From Pirellulales bacterium (GTDB taxonomy: Bacteria; Planctomycetota; Planctomycetia; Pirellulales; UBA7805), in NCBI GenBank assembly GCA_041744995.1, contig JBGTJT010000722.1, positions 1 through 47,020 on the forward strand: a DNA stretch of 47,020 nucleotides. The letters run 5' to 3'. The notes under the pieces are model-generated. The model saw only the letters and a program-made list of their open reading frames with translations. It was not told where the DNA came from and searched no databases. The translations under genes were made by a program, and so were the position numbers. Positions within the stretch are counted from its first letter, which is position 1; each line of letters starts with the position of its first letter. Positions 8,285 to 15,790 of the stretch are shown in pieces.

Positions 8285-9568
8285 CTACTTCAATCGGGCC
8301 GGCTCTGACGTGCCGGAGTCGGCGGTTTCCGTGGCTTGCTCGCCTTTGTCGTAGTTGGCCCGTTGGGCGACCTTGCCGTCGGACTTCCACCAGATCCACT
8401 GCCCCGTGGCCTTGCCGGCGGTGTACTGGCCCTGGATTGACTTCAGACCGTTATCGTGCCACCAGGTCCAATCACCGTCTTGCAGACCCTGGGTATACTC
8501 GCCCGCCAGGGCTTTCTGACCGTTAGGGTGCCACCAGGTAAACGAGCCGACTGGCACGTCGAAGCGATACTCGCCCCGCATCCGTTCCTGGCCGTTGGGG
8601 TGCCACGACGTCCAAGCACCGTGCTTTTCGTCGCGGCCCTTGGTCATGAAGGGAGCGACATCGCAGACCCACCAGTCGTCGGCGCCGCTGGGAACCTGCT
8701 GGGCGTGCAAGTACATGCCGGCCGACTTTTGCGAACCGTCGTCGAACAATTCCTTTTGCAGGCCGAGCCGGCGGCCCTTGATGTAGGTGTCCTTGCCGAC
8801 CTGCTCGCCCCCTTCGCGCCACTCGGCAAGCTCGCCATCGATCTCGCCATCGCTGTATTCCATTTCTCGCATCTTTTGCCCGTCGGGATACCACCAGGTC
8901 CAGATGCCGTGACGCTTGCCGTTTTCGTAATAGAACTCGCTGGCGGTTCGCTTGCTGCTGTCGTAGATGGTCCACGCGCCGTGCAGTTCGCCATGGCGGA
9001 ACTGGGCTTGCGATACGAACGGCCCGGTGAACTTATTGTAGGGAAGCCCCTGTAGCATCGTTACTTCGCCGGGAAAAAACCAGCCAACCCATTCGCCGTG
9101 GCGCTTGCCGTGGTGGTAGTCCCCTTCGGCGATCACGTTGCCTTTGATATCCCACATTTTCCAGGAGCCGTGATTAATGTAGTTCTGCTGATCGTCCTGG
9201 ATTACGTAACGTTCGAGCTTGGTCGTGCCGTCGGGGAACCGCTCGCGAATCAATTCCGCTTCGACCTGCGGCTCGTCGCCATTCTCGACCCCGACCGGTT
9301 CCTCCACGACCGCGGCGGCTTCCTGCTCGATCGGCAGTTTGGCGGGTTCCAGGATATCGTCGTTCTCCTCGATGACCAATTCCTCGGCCAATCGAGCCGG
9401 TGCTAGCGGTTGGACGTCGACCAGCTCGCTCCCCTCGTTGAACGAGACGGTGACGATCGGCGGCGGCCCGAATGTCGAAATTAACGGAGACGACGCCTCT
9501 TCCGCACGGGCAACCGTCCAATGGCAGCAGGCGGCGAACGTGGCGGTTAGGATCAAATGGCGGTTCAT
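8285..9568 (-). CDS. Secreted MORN/YwqK-type repeat protein
   Basis: Signal peptide (MNRHLILTATFAACCHWTVARA), an acidic linker, then about 9 repeats of the G-x-W-x-x-W/Y-x-x-G pattern (e.g. KRHGIWTWWYPDGQK, KHGAWTSWHPNGQE, GSFTWWHPNGQK, DGDWTWWHDNGLK, TGQWIWWKSDGK). Confidence 0.8.
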   Translation of the reverse strand: MNRHLILTATFAACCHWTVARAEEASSPLISTFGPPPIVTVSFNEGSELVDVQPLAPARLAEELVIEENDDILEPAKLPIEQEAAAVVEEPVGVENGDEPQVEAELIRERFPDGTTKLERYVIQDDQQNYINHGSWKMWDIKGNVIAEGDYHHGKRHGEWVGWFFPGEVTMLQGLPYNKFTGPFVSQAQFRHGELHGAWTIYDSSKRTASEFYYENGKRHGIWTWWYPDGQKMREMEYSDGEIDGELAEWREGGEQVGKDTYIKGRRLGLQKELFDDGSQKSAGMYLHAQQVPSGADDWWVCDVAPFMTKGRDEKHGAWTSWHPNGQERMRGEYRFDVPVGSFTWWHPNGQKALAGEYTQGLQDGDWTWWHDNGLKSIQGQYTAGKATGQWIWWKSDGKVAQRANYDKGEQATETADSGTSEPARLK

Positions 9569-9651
9569 GGATTAACTCCTGATCGACATCGCTTAACTTC
9601 GATGGTTTCGCGGTCAATGAATGGCTGGGGAATCGGCGCAATCGTACCCGC

Positions 9652-9667
9652 TGGCACGACCCGCGCA
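9652..9667 (+). promoter_or_regulatory. Sigma54-type -24/-12 promoter candidate
   Basis: TGGCACGacccGCGCAT has correct GG-N10-GC spacing and a perfect -24 TGGCACG. It is in the divergent intergenic region, about 255 nt upstream of ATG 9921. Confidence 0.3.
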
Positions 9668-9920
9668 TTCGCTACATCTTCAACATCGGCGCACGGCGGT
9701 GCCGACTTTACCGGTTTTGTGGGCAATTTAGCTAGGACGCGGAGAATGGTTCGCTTGCGGAGGACAGTTTTGCTTGACGAACCGCCGTCAACAGCAAAGG
9801 ATAGTAATTAGGCCCCGCGCCGCGAGGTGACGTCGCCTCGCTATTCGTATGCTTTGTCCGCGGCGAGCCGCACTGAACCGCTCATCTTTCCAATCACCGC
9901 AATCGCTTGGAGTCTTCGGC

Positions 9921-11327
9921 ATGCGTACTTGCAATCCGGTTAAGCAAGCCCTTCGTGACACCTTCGTTCCAACAGTGGCAGTAGTCTGTCTGCTGTCTGG
10001 CATGCTGGCCGTGGCGGCCGCCCAGGAGCCGTCGCCGGCGGAACCGGCGGTCGAAGCCGAAACATTGTTGCCGGAAGCGGAGAATCCTGATTCGCTCCAG
10101 GCGATGACCAACAAGTATCCACAGATCGCTGAAGCGGTTAAGAAGTTCGAAGCGCGTCAGTTCGACGAAGCGCTCGCGCTGACGGAAGCCGCCGCCGACG
10201 CCCACCCCGAATTGCCCCCTGGCGAAACGGTGATGGCCAGCCTGCACTTTGCCGCACGCGACTTGGCCGGCGCGATTCGCATGCTGGACAAGGCGGTTCA
10301 GAACCATCCGGGTGAGCCATCGGCGTATCTCGATTTGGGCAACATTGCCATTTTGCAAAACCGCCTCACCGACGCGACGTTGCTGTTCGATAAAACTGCC
10401 GAGGTGCTCGAAACGTTTGACGACAACGCGGAACGCAAGCGGAAGGCCGCCGATCGCCTGATGAAGGGCTGGGCCTCGCTGGCGGAAAGAAAAGATCAAT
10501 GGGCCGACGCCGAGACGCACCTCACCGCGTTGGCGGCGAGCGAACCCGATGCCGCCGACGTGCAGGTGCGCCTCGCCCGGGCGATGTTCCGCAACAAGAA
10601 GTATAAGCCCGCCTATGAGATGATGCAGGCAAGCGCCGCGGTCAAGGAAGCGGGCGTATCGCCGGAACTGGCCATGGCGCAGTTCTATTCCGAGATGCAA
10701 GACGACGAAAGCGCCCGCAAGTGGATTGACTACGCCATCCGCCAACAACCAGAGAATCTGCAAGTCCGCCTGGGGGCCGTGCAGTGGCATTGGCAGCGAG
10801 GCAACGCGGAAGACGTCAAGAAGCACGTCATGAAGGCGGTGGACATCGATCCCACCTCGTTGCCGGCTCGCATGTTGTATGGCATGTATGCGCATTATGC
10901 CGGCGACCTGGCGACGGCGGCCACGCAATTCGAGGCCGTCTTGACCCGTTCGCCCACCGATTTTGCCGCCCGAAACAACTTGGCCATGGTGCTGGCCGAT
11001 CGGGCGCAGGCCGATTCGCTCATCCGCGCGAAACGGATGGCGGAGGAGAATCTCCAGGCGGCCGGCAACAACACCGTCGCCGCGGGCACGCTCGGCTGGG
11101 CGCACTACAAACTGGGACAATTCGAGGAAGCCGCTAAATTGATGCAGGCGGTCGCCCAAGCGGGCGGATTGAACAATCGCAACAACATCTATTTCATGGC
11201 CCGCGTCGCCGACCGCGCCGGTCAACGTGAGCAAGCCGTCGAACTGCTCAAACAAGTGCTCGATCAGCCGCAGTTGTTCGAGATGCGCGGCGCCGCCGAG
11301 AAATGGCTGCAATCGATCGAGCCTTAA
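9921..11327 (+). CDS. TPR-repeat protein, secreted
   Basis: Start at ATG 9921 (MRTCNPVKQ...) gives a signal-like hydrophobic segment (VAVVCLLSGMLAVAAAQE). The rest is Ala/Leu-rich helical repeats with TPR spacing (AxxxFxxAL..., YLDLGNIAILQNRLTDATLLFDKT...). Confidence 0.75.
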   Translation: MRTCNPVKQALRDTFVPTVAVVCLLSGMLAVAAAQEPSPAEPAVEAETLLPEAENPDSLQAMTNKYPQIAEAVKKFEARQFDEALALTEAAADAHPELPPGETVMASLHFAARDLAGAIRMLDKAVQNHPGEPSAYLDLGNIAILQNRLTDATLLFDKTAEVLETFDDNAERKRKAADRLMKGWASLAERKDQWADAETHLTALAASEPDAADVQVRLARAMFRNKKYKPAYEMMQASAAVKEAGVSPELAMAQFYSEMQDDESARKWIDYAIRQQPENLQVRLGAVQWHWQRGNAEDVKKHVMKAVDIDPTSLPARMLYGMYAHYAGDLATAATQFEAVLTRSPTDFAARNNLAMVLADRAQADSLIRAKRMAEENLQAAGNNTVAAGTLGWAHYKLGQFEEAAKLMQAVAQAGGLNNRNNIYFMARVADRAGQREQAVELLKQVLDQPQLFEMRGAAEKWLQSIEP

Positions 11328-11337
11328 GACTGACAGG

Positions 11338-12093
11338 CTAGAAGTCGAGATGTTCCGGCAACACGATTTCCGATTCTTCCGCCAGGGCGGCTCGCTCGAT
11401 CACTTCCATCAGTTCGGCCACATTGCCGGGCCAGTGGTAACTGTTGAGGATTCTCAGCGTTTCGGGAAGAAACCGCTTGTGCCGAATGCCGAATTCTTCG
11501 CAAACACGCTGCATGAAATAGTCCGCCAGCGGCTGGACGTCCTCGCGCCGTTTGGTCAGCGGCTCGATTCGCAGCGAGACTTCGTCGAGCAAAGTGTATA
11601 GCTCCGGGATCAGACGGCGATCGAGCACCTCTTTTTGCAGATCGACGCGGGTCGACGACACAATGCGAAACTCGACGTCGACCGGTTTGCGTCCGCCGAC
11701 GGGAATGACCCTGTTGTCGTGCAGCACCGCCAGCAGCGACTTTTGCAGTTCCGCCGGCAAGGCGTCGACCCGGCCGAGAAACAGGGTGCCTCCGTGTGCC
11801 GCCCGCAAGGCGCCCAGGCCGGGCGCTTTCGCGCCGGCAAAGGCGCCTGCTTCGTGACCAAACATTTGCGCGGCGAATACCTGTTCGGTAAGTTGCGAGC
11901 AGTCGATCGGCACGAACGGGGCGGCGGCTCGGGGGCTGGCGTCGTGAATGCGATGAGCCAGAAAACGCTTACCGCCGCCGGCCGGCCCGGTAATCATTAC
12001 GTTGTAACGGTAGCGAGCGACCTGCGCCACTCGGCAGCGCATCGCTTCGGCGTAGGCGGACGTGCCCACGATCGTTTCCGCCTTGGCGTCCAT
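11338..12093 (-). CDS. Stand-alone sigma54-interaction (AAA+ EBP central) domain protein, degenerate, with no sensor or DNA-binding domain
   Basis: 251 aa. Walker A GPAGGGKR. GAFTGA loop present as GAFAGA (FGHEAGAFAGA). The expected GTLFLDEI Walker B reads GTLFLGRV. RIVSSTRVDL and WPGNVAELMEVIERA are typical of NtrC-family central domains. The protein ends about 15 aa after that motif, so there is no HTH, and it starts about 10 aa before the AAA+ core, so there is no receiver/GAF/PAS domain. Confidence 0.8.
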   Translation of the reverse strand: MDAKAETIVGTSAYAEAMRCRVAQVARYRYNVMITGPAGGGKRFLAHRIHDASPRAAAPFVPIDCSQLTEQVFAAQMFGHEAGAFAGAKAPGLGALRAAHGGTLFLGRVDALPAELQKSLLAVLHDNRVIPVGGRKPVDVEFRIVSSTRVDLQKEVLDRRLIPELYTLLDEVSLRIEPLTKRREDVQPLADYFMQRVCEEFGIRHKRFLPETLRILNSYHWPGNVAELMEVIERAALAEESEIVLPEHLDF

Positions 12094-12152
12094 GGTGATT
12101 GATCCGAGAGGAATGCTCCGTACCCCTTCATCCTAAAGGTTCGACAAAGAAT

Positions 12153-12187
12153 GGAAAACGGCACGACCGGCGGCCGTGCCGTTTTCC
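12153..12187 (-). terminator. Intrinsic terminator candidate
   Basis: Perfect 13-bp stem GGAAAACGGCACG / CGTGCCGTTTTCC with a 9-nt loop, 25 nt beyond the stop at 12212. On the minus strand it is followed by ATTCTTTGT. Confidence 0.6.
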
Positions 12188-12211
12188 TGATTTAAGGGAC
12201 AACCATAGGGT

Positions 12212-12760
12212 CTAGAAGCGGAGACGGATGCCGCCCCATTCACCGCCAATCTGGAACACGCCGCCCGTTTGAGGCCGAGGGCTTCGATCCCAGCCTCCGC
12301 CTGGCTGAACGACGACCACGCCGCCGTGACCGTGCCGCACGCGGTGGACATGTTTGGGTCGCGCCCGCAGCAGTTGTTCCGCCCGGATGGCGTCCGCCAC
12401 ATGGCCGGCGGCATGATCCAGTTCGGAGTATCTGCCGGTCAGGATGAAGGTGCGGACGTCGATCTGTCCCAGGTCGAGATACTGTTTCGCCCGGTTGCTC
12501 TCAAGGTCGCGGCTGGCGACACGCAATTCTCCCAGTGCCCGGTTGGCATACAGTCGCGCCAAGGCCGGCGCGCGTCGGGCCTGGTATGCTTTCTCCATGG
12601 CGTCCAAGGCATGGATCATGTGAGTCTCCGCGGCGAATCCGTGCCGCTCGCCTCGGTGTCCATAATGAACGTGGGCGGCACTGGCTGGGGCGACGGCAAG
12701 CCCGACCCCAACGGCGACTATGGTCGTCAACAAGACAATACGAAGGTTGCGAGGAAACAT
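12212..12760 (-). CDS. Small His-rich secreted protein (182 aa), hypothetical
   Basis: ATG 12760 is preceded by AGGAGA with an 8-nt spacer. Signal peptide MFPRNLRIVLLTTIVAVGVGLAVAPASA. His clusters HVHYGHRGERHG and HVHRVRHGHGG. The Gly-rich C-terminus ends in GGVFQIGGEWGGIRLRF. Confidence 0.65.
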   Translation of the reverse strand: MFPRNLRIVLLTTIVAVGVGLAVAPASAAHVHYGHRGERHGFAAETHMIHALDAMEKAYQARRAPALARLYANRALGELRVASRDLESNRAKQYLDLGQIDVRTFILTGRYSELDHAAGHVADAIRAEQLLRARPKHVHRVRHGHGGVVVVQPGGGWDRSPRPQTGGVFQIGGEWGGIRLRF

Positions 12761-12831
12761 GGGTCTTTCTCCTGTTTGCAAGTAGTGATTGCCAGTGCGA
12801 ACGGCATTGGCGTGCTTCGCAAGGCACTATT

Positions 12832-12847
12832 AGCGACCGGCGTGCCA
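12832..12847 (-). promoter_or_regulatory. Sigma54-type -24/-12 promoter candidate (TGGCACGccggTCGCT)
   Basis: Minus strand 12847->12832 reads TGGCACGCCGGTCGCT, against the consensus TGGCACG-N4-TTGCW. There is one mismatch in the -12 element and the GG-N10-GC spacing is exact. It lies about 70 nt upstream of ATG 12760. Confidence 0.5.
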
Positions 12848-13007
12848 ACTCGGCTGCAGGTGGACCAGTAACACTATGCAAGCTGCTTCGTGAAAACGAC
12901 TTAACGAGCAAAACGCCGAGAGGAGAAATGCACTTTTGAGGACAGAATTGTCCCGCGTGTGCGATCGAAGTGATGGCGCTGCTATCGTTTCGACAACAGC
13001 ACTTGGG

Positions 13008-14324
13008 TTAGATTGCGTTGCGCAGCGACATCGTTTGTGGCAGAGAGGTTGCCAGATGTTGGACCAGACGCCGCCAGCTTTGTGGCGAGCCGGGCGTTAA
13101 ACGGCCGAGCACCCGCGGCGTCTGGGCGCCGGTGGTGCCTGGGTGATTGGCTGGAACTTGCTCCAAGTGCAGCAACGCCAACAGCGCCGCGCAGACGCCT
13201 TCCAGCACGTCATCGGAGTAACCCATGCCGGCGCAGCGCGTGTATATCGGCTGGTAGCCACCCTTATCTGCAACTCGTGAGGCAATCTCGCGAAGCAGCA
13301 TGCCGTTGGCCTGGCCGCCGCCTGACAGGAGAACCTCGTCGATCGGCGGATCGCGCGGCACATGCCGCTCGATGGCCAGCGCCACCGATTCGGCGATGAA
13401 GTGGGTGGCGGTGCATAGCAGATCGCGAACCGACCATCCGGAGGCGACCGCCATCCGGATCGACTCGTTCAGTTCCGCCTCGGGTTTTACGCCCAGTGGG
13501 TACCATCTTGGCGGCGGCTCTTGAAAATAGGGAGCGGAAAGCCAGTGGTCGATCAGATCGGGAATCTTGCGACCCTGAACGGCCAGCGAACCGCCCGGAT
13601 CGTAGGGATACTGGCCGTTGGTAAGCTGCCGCGCCAGCCGGTCGGTGAGCACCGTGCCGGGGCCAACGTCGAACGAGAGGATGGAACCGGCGGCCCGCGG
13701 CAGCGCGGCGGGCGGCAGGTAAGTCAGCCGTGTGGTACGACCGAGATCAAGCAGCAGCCGGGTCTTTTGCGGACTGCGAAACAGCATCCAGTATGGCAGG
13801 GCGAGTAAAGGTCCGCCCTGTCCCCCGCCCGCCAGATCTCGCTTGGCAAAGGCATCGATGCAGTTCAAGCCGGTGCGTTCGGCCAACCAGGCGGCGTCGC
13901 AGATGCACTCATATCCGGCAGCGGCGCCCGGCTCGAAGAACCACAGGCCAGGGTCGACCACGCCAATTGCCAGGATGCCGTCGGCCGGCAAGTTTGCCTC
14001 GGCAAGCATGGCGTTGATCAATTCCGCGGCGGCGTTGGCGACGTGCTTGGCCAGTGTGGCATGTTCGGCGGCGCGAACTGCGCCGCTACTTCGCAGGCGT
14101 CGAAACAAAGCCGGCACATCGTCGGTCAATTCAGCACTGCCGCTGACGAGCAAATCGACGCTCGACTCCAAACCGCCTGCCTCGGCGGCCACAACGGCGC
14201 CTTGAATCCGTCCACAGTCGCTGCTGACGCGCAACCCGGCGATTCGCAAGCGGGTCGCGTCGGCGAGCCGCTTGCGGTCGAGCGTCACCGCAACTTGCGG
14301 CGGCTGGCTTGCCGTGAGCGACAT
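13008..14324 (-). CDS. anmK: Anhydro-N-acetylmuramic acid kinase-like protein
   Basis: AnmK-family landmarks are present: DLAGGGQGGPLLALPYW (cf. D.A.GGQGAPL.P), FDVGPGTVLTD (cf. FDTGPGN), YDPGGSLAVQG, LLSGGGQANGMLL. The N-terminal GL.SGTS.DG motif is divergent (GLRVSSDCGRIQG). The start is ambiguous: ATG 14324 chosen, ORF-track start is 14387. Confidence 0.7.
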   Translation of the reverse strand: MSLTASQPPQVAVTLDRKRLADATRLRIAGLRVSSDCGRIQGAVVAAEAGGLESSVDLLVSGSAELTDDVPALFRRLRSSGAVRAAEHATLAKHVANAAAELINAMLAEANLPADGILAIGVVDPGLWFFEPGAAAGYECICDAAWLAERTGLNCIDAFAKRDLAGGGQGGPLLALPYWMLFRSPQKTRLLLDLGRTTRLTYLPPAALPRAAGSILSFDVGPGTVLTDRLARQLTNGQYPYDPGGSLAVQGRKIPDLIDHWLSAPYFQEPPPRWYPLGVKPEAELNESIRMAVASGWSVRDLLCTATHFIAESVALAIERHVPRDPPIDEVLLSGGGQANGMLLREIASRVADKGGYQPIYTRCAGMGYSDDVLEGVCAALLALLHLEQVPANHPGTTGAQTPRVLGRLTPGSPQSWRRLVQHLATSLPQTMSLRNAI

Positions 14325-14454
14325 TTTGGAACCGCTTACAGGCAGCGGTCGCAACGGTTTTGCCGCGGCGGGTCGTCCTTGGCCCATCGCCCCATTCTCC
14401 GCGGATTCAAGGGAATTGTCATAGCGGTAGTACCGACTGGCGAATGCCCGCCAA

Positions 14455-15201
14455 TCAGGCTACCATTTTCACTTCTTGAGCGGCCAGAACGCCAGCGATG
14501 AATTCCTCGAAGATCCGCTGATCGAGCGCCGTGGCGGAACCGTTCTCGGGATGGAATTGCGTACCAAAGGCGAACCAATCTTCCTGGATGCTTTCGATCG
14601 CCTCGATCACGCCGTCGGGACTGGTGGCGCTCACTTTGAATCCGGCGGCGACTTCGTCGATCGCCATGTGATGCAAACTGTTCACCCGCACTTCGCCGTC
14701 GCCGTAGATGCGTTCCATCAGCGTGCCCGGCACGACCAGCAGGCCGTGCCGATGCGAGGCGTCGATCGCGTCGCGGTGCGGCAGCGCCTTGGGGAGATCC
14801 TCGGGAATATGCAAGAACAGGTTGCCTCCTTGCGAGACGTTGAGCAACTGCATCCCAACGCCGATGCCGAACACAGGCTTGCGTAGTTCAGCGAGTTGCT
14901 TGATTAACGCCCGGTCGAAGTCTTCACGCCGATCCGCCAGACAGCGGACGGAAGGATGCATCATGAAGCCGTCCCGGTTGGGATTCAGATCGGCGCCGCC
15001 GACCATCACGAAGCCATCGACCATTTCCGCGATGTGGCGTATGTCCGCCGCATCCCGGGTTGGCGGGAAAACCGCCGGCACCCCGCCGGCATCGGTCACC
15101 GAATCGAAGTAGCCTTCGGCAAGATAGGCGAAACCGGGTGCATCCTTCGTAGCGTTGCGAAAATCGGCGTTCATTCCAATCAACGGCTTGCGAGACATCA
15201 T
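14455..15201 (-). CDS. Class-I glutamine amidotransferase / peptidase C26 (PuuD-like) family protein lacking the nucleophile Cys
   Basis: MMSRKPLIGMNAD..., VMVGGADLNP, SLHHMAIDEV and FGTQFHPE are typical of the family. The expected G-I/V-C-R-G-x-Q elbow reads GIGVGMQ. Start at ATG 15201 (tandem ATG ATG), preceded by AAGGGGAA. Confidence 0.8.
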   Translation of the reverse strand: MMSRKPLIGMNADFRNATKDAPGFAYLAEGYFDSVTDAGGVPAVFPPTRDAADIRHIAEMVDGFVMVGGADLNPNRDGFMMHPSVRCLADRREDFDRALIKQLAELRKPVFGIGVGMQLLNVSQGGNLFLHIPEDLPKALPHRDAIDASHRHGLLVVPGTLMERIYGDGEVRVNSLHHMAIDEVAAGFKVSATSPDGVIEAIESIQEDWFAFGTQFHPENGSATALDQRIFEEFIAGVLAAQEVKMVA

Positions 15202-15212
15202 TCCATTCCCCT

Positions 15213-15228
15213 TGGCACGTCCTGTGCC
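15213..15228. promoter_or_regulatory. Palindromic GGCAC-N5-GTGCC site (sigma54-like on both strands, or an operator)
   Basis: The plus strand reads TGGCACGtcctGTGCC with GG-N10-GC spacing. The element is an inverted repeat, so the minus strand also reads GGCACaggacGTGCC. It lies 12-27 nt upstream of ATG 15201. Confidence 0.3.
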
Positions 15229-15790
15229 GGTCCTAGTGATGAAAACACCGGAGACCAAGTCGAGCGGGAAGTCGACAGAGAATTTGGAACGGACGACCAG
15301 TGGAATGGCTGCACAGCGCCGTGGCCGCATGAAGCCGACGCATCAACCTAATTCGATTGACGTTCAGCGACATCGAGCGGGGAGCAAAAACTCCCGATCG
15401 CGACACAACAATTGCGTAAGCCCACCCAGGTGGAATCAGATCCTACCTCGTGGCGACTCTTAAATCGCTAGGCTTCGTCTCCCCAAATGTCGTGTGCCGC
15501 GTCTCCTTGAGAAAAAGGAATGCAAATCACAGGCGAGTGTGAAACATGCGGCGCCCATCCGCAATAGGGCACTGTATTTTTGGCGGCGCAAAGTGCTAGC
15601 ATACCACATATAGTAGGTCAAGCGGGCGTACTCAATAATTCAGGAGAGTGGTGAATTGCCAGCTTTGATTGAATTGCACGGCGCCGGTTCGCGTTTTTTT
15701 GAGGGTGCAACCGAGGCGCTTTACGAATCGTGGCGTAACAAGGTAAGTTAAAGGCTTGTCGCACACTCACCCGGTTTGGGCCGAAAATAA

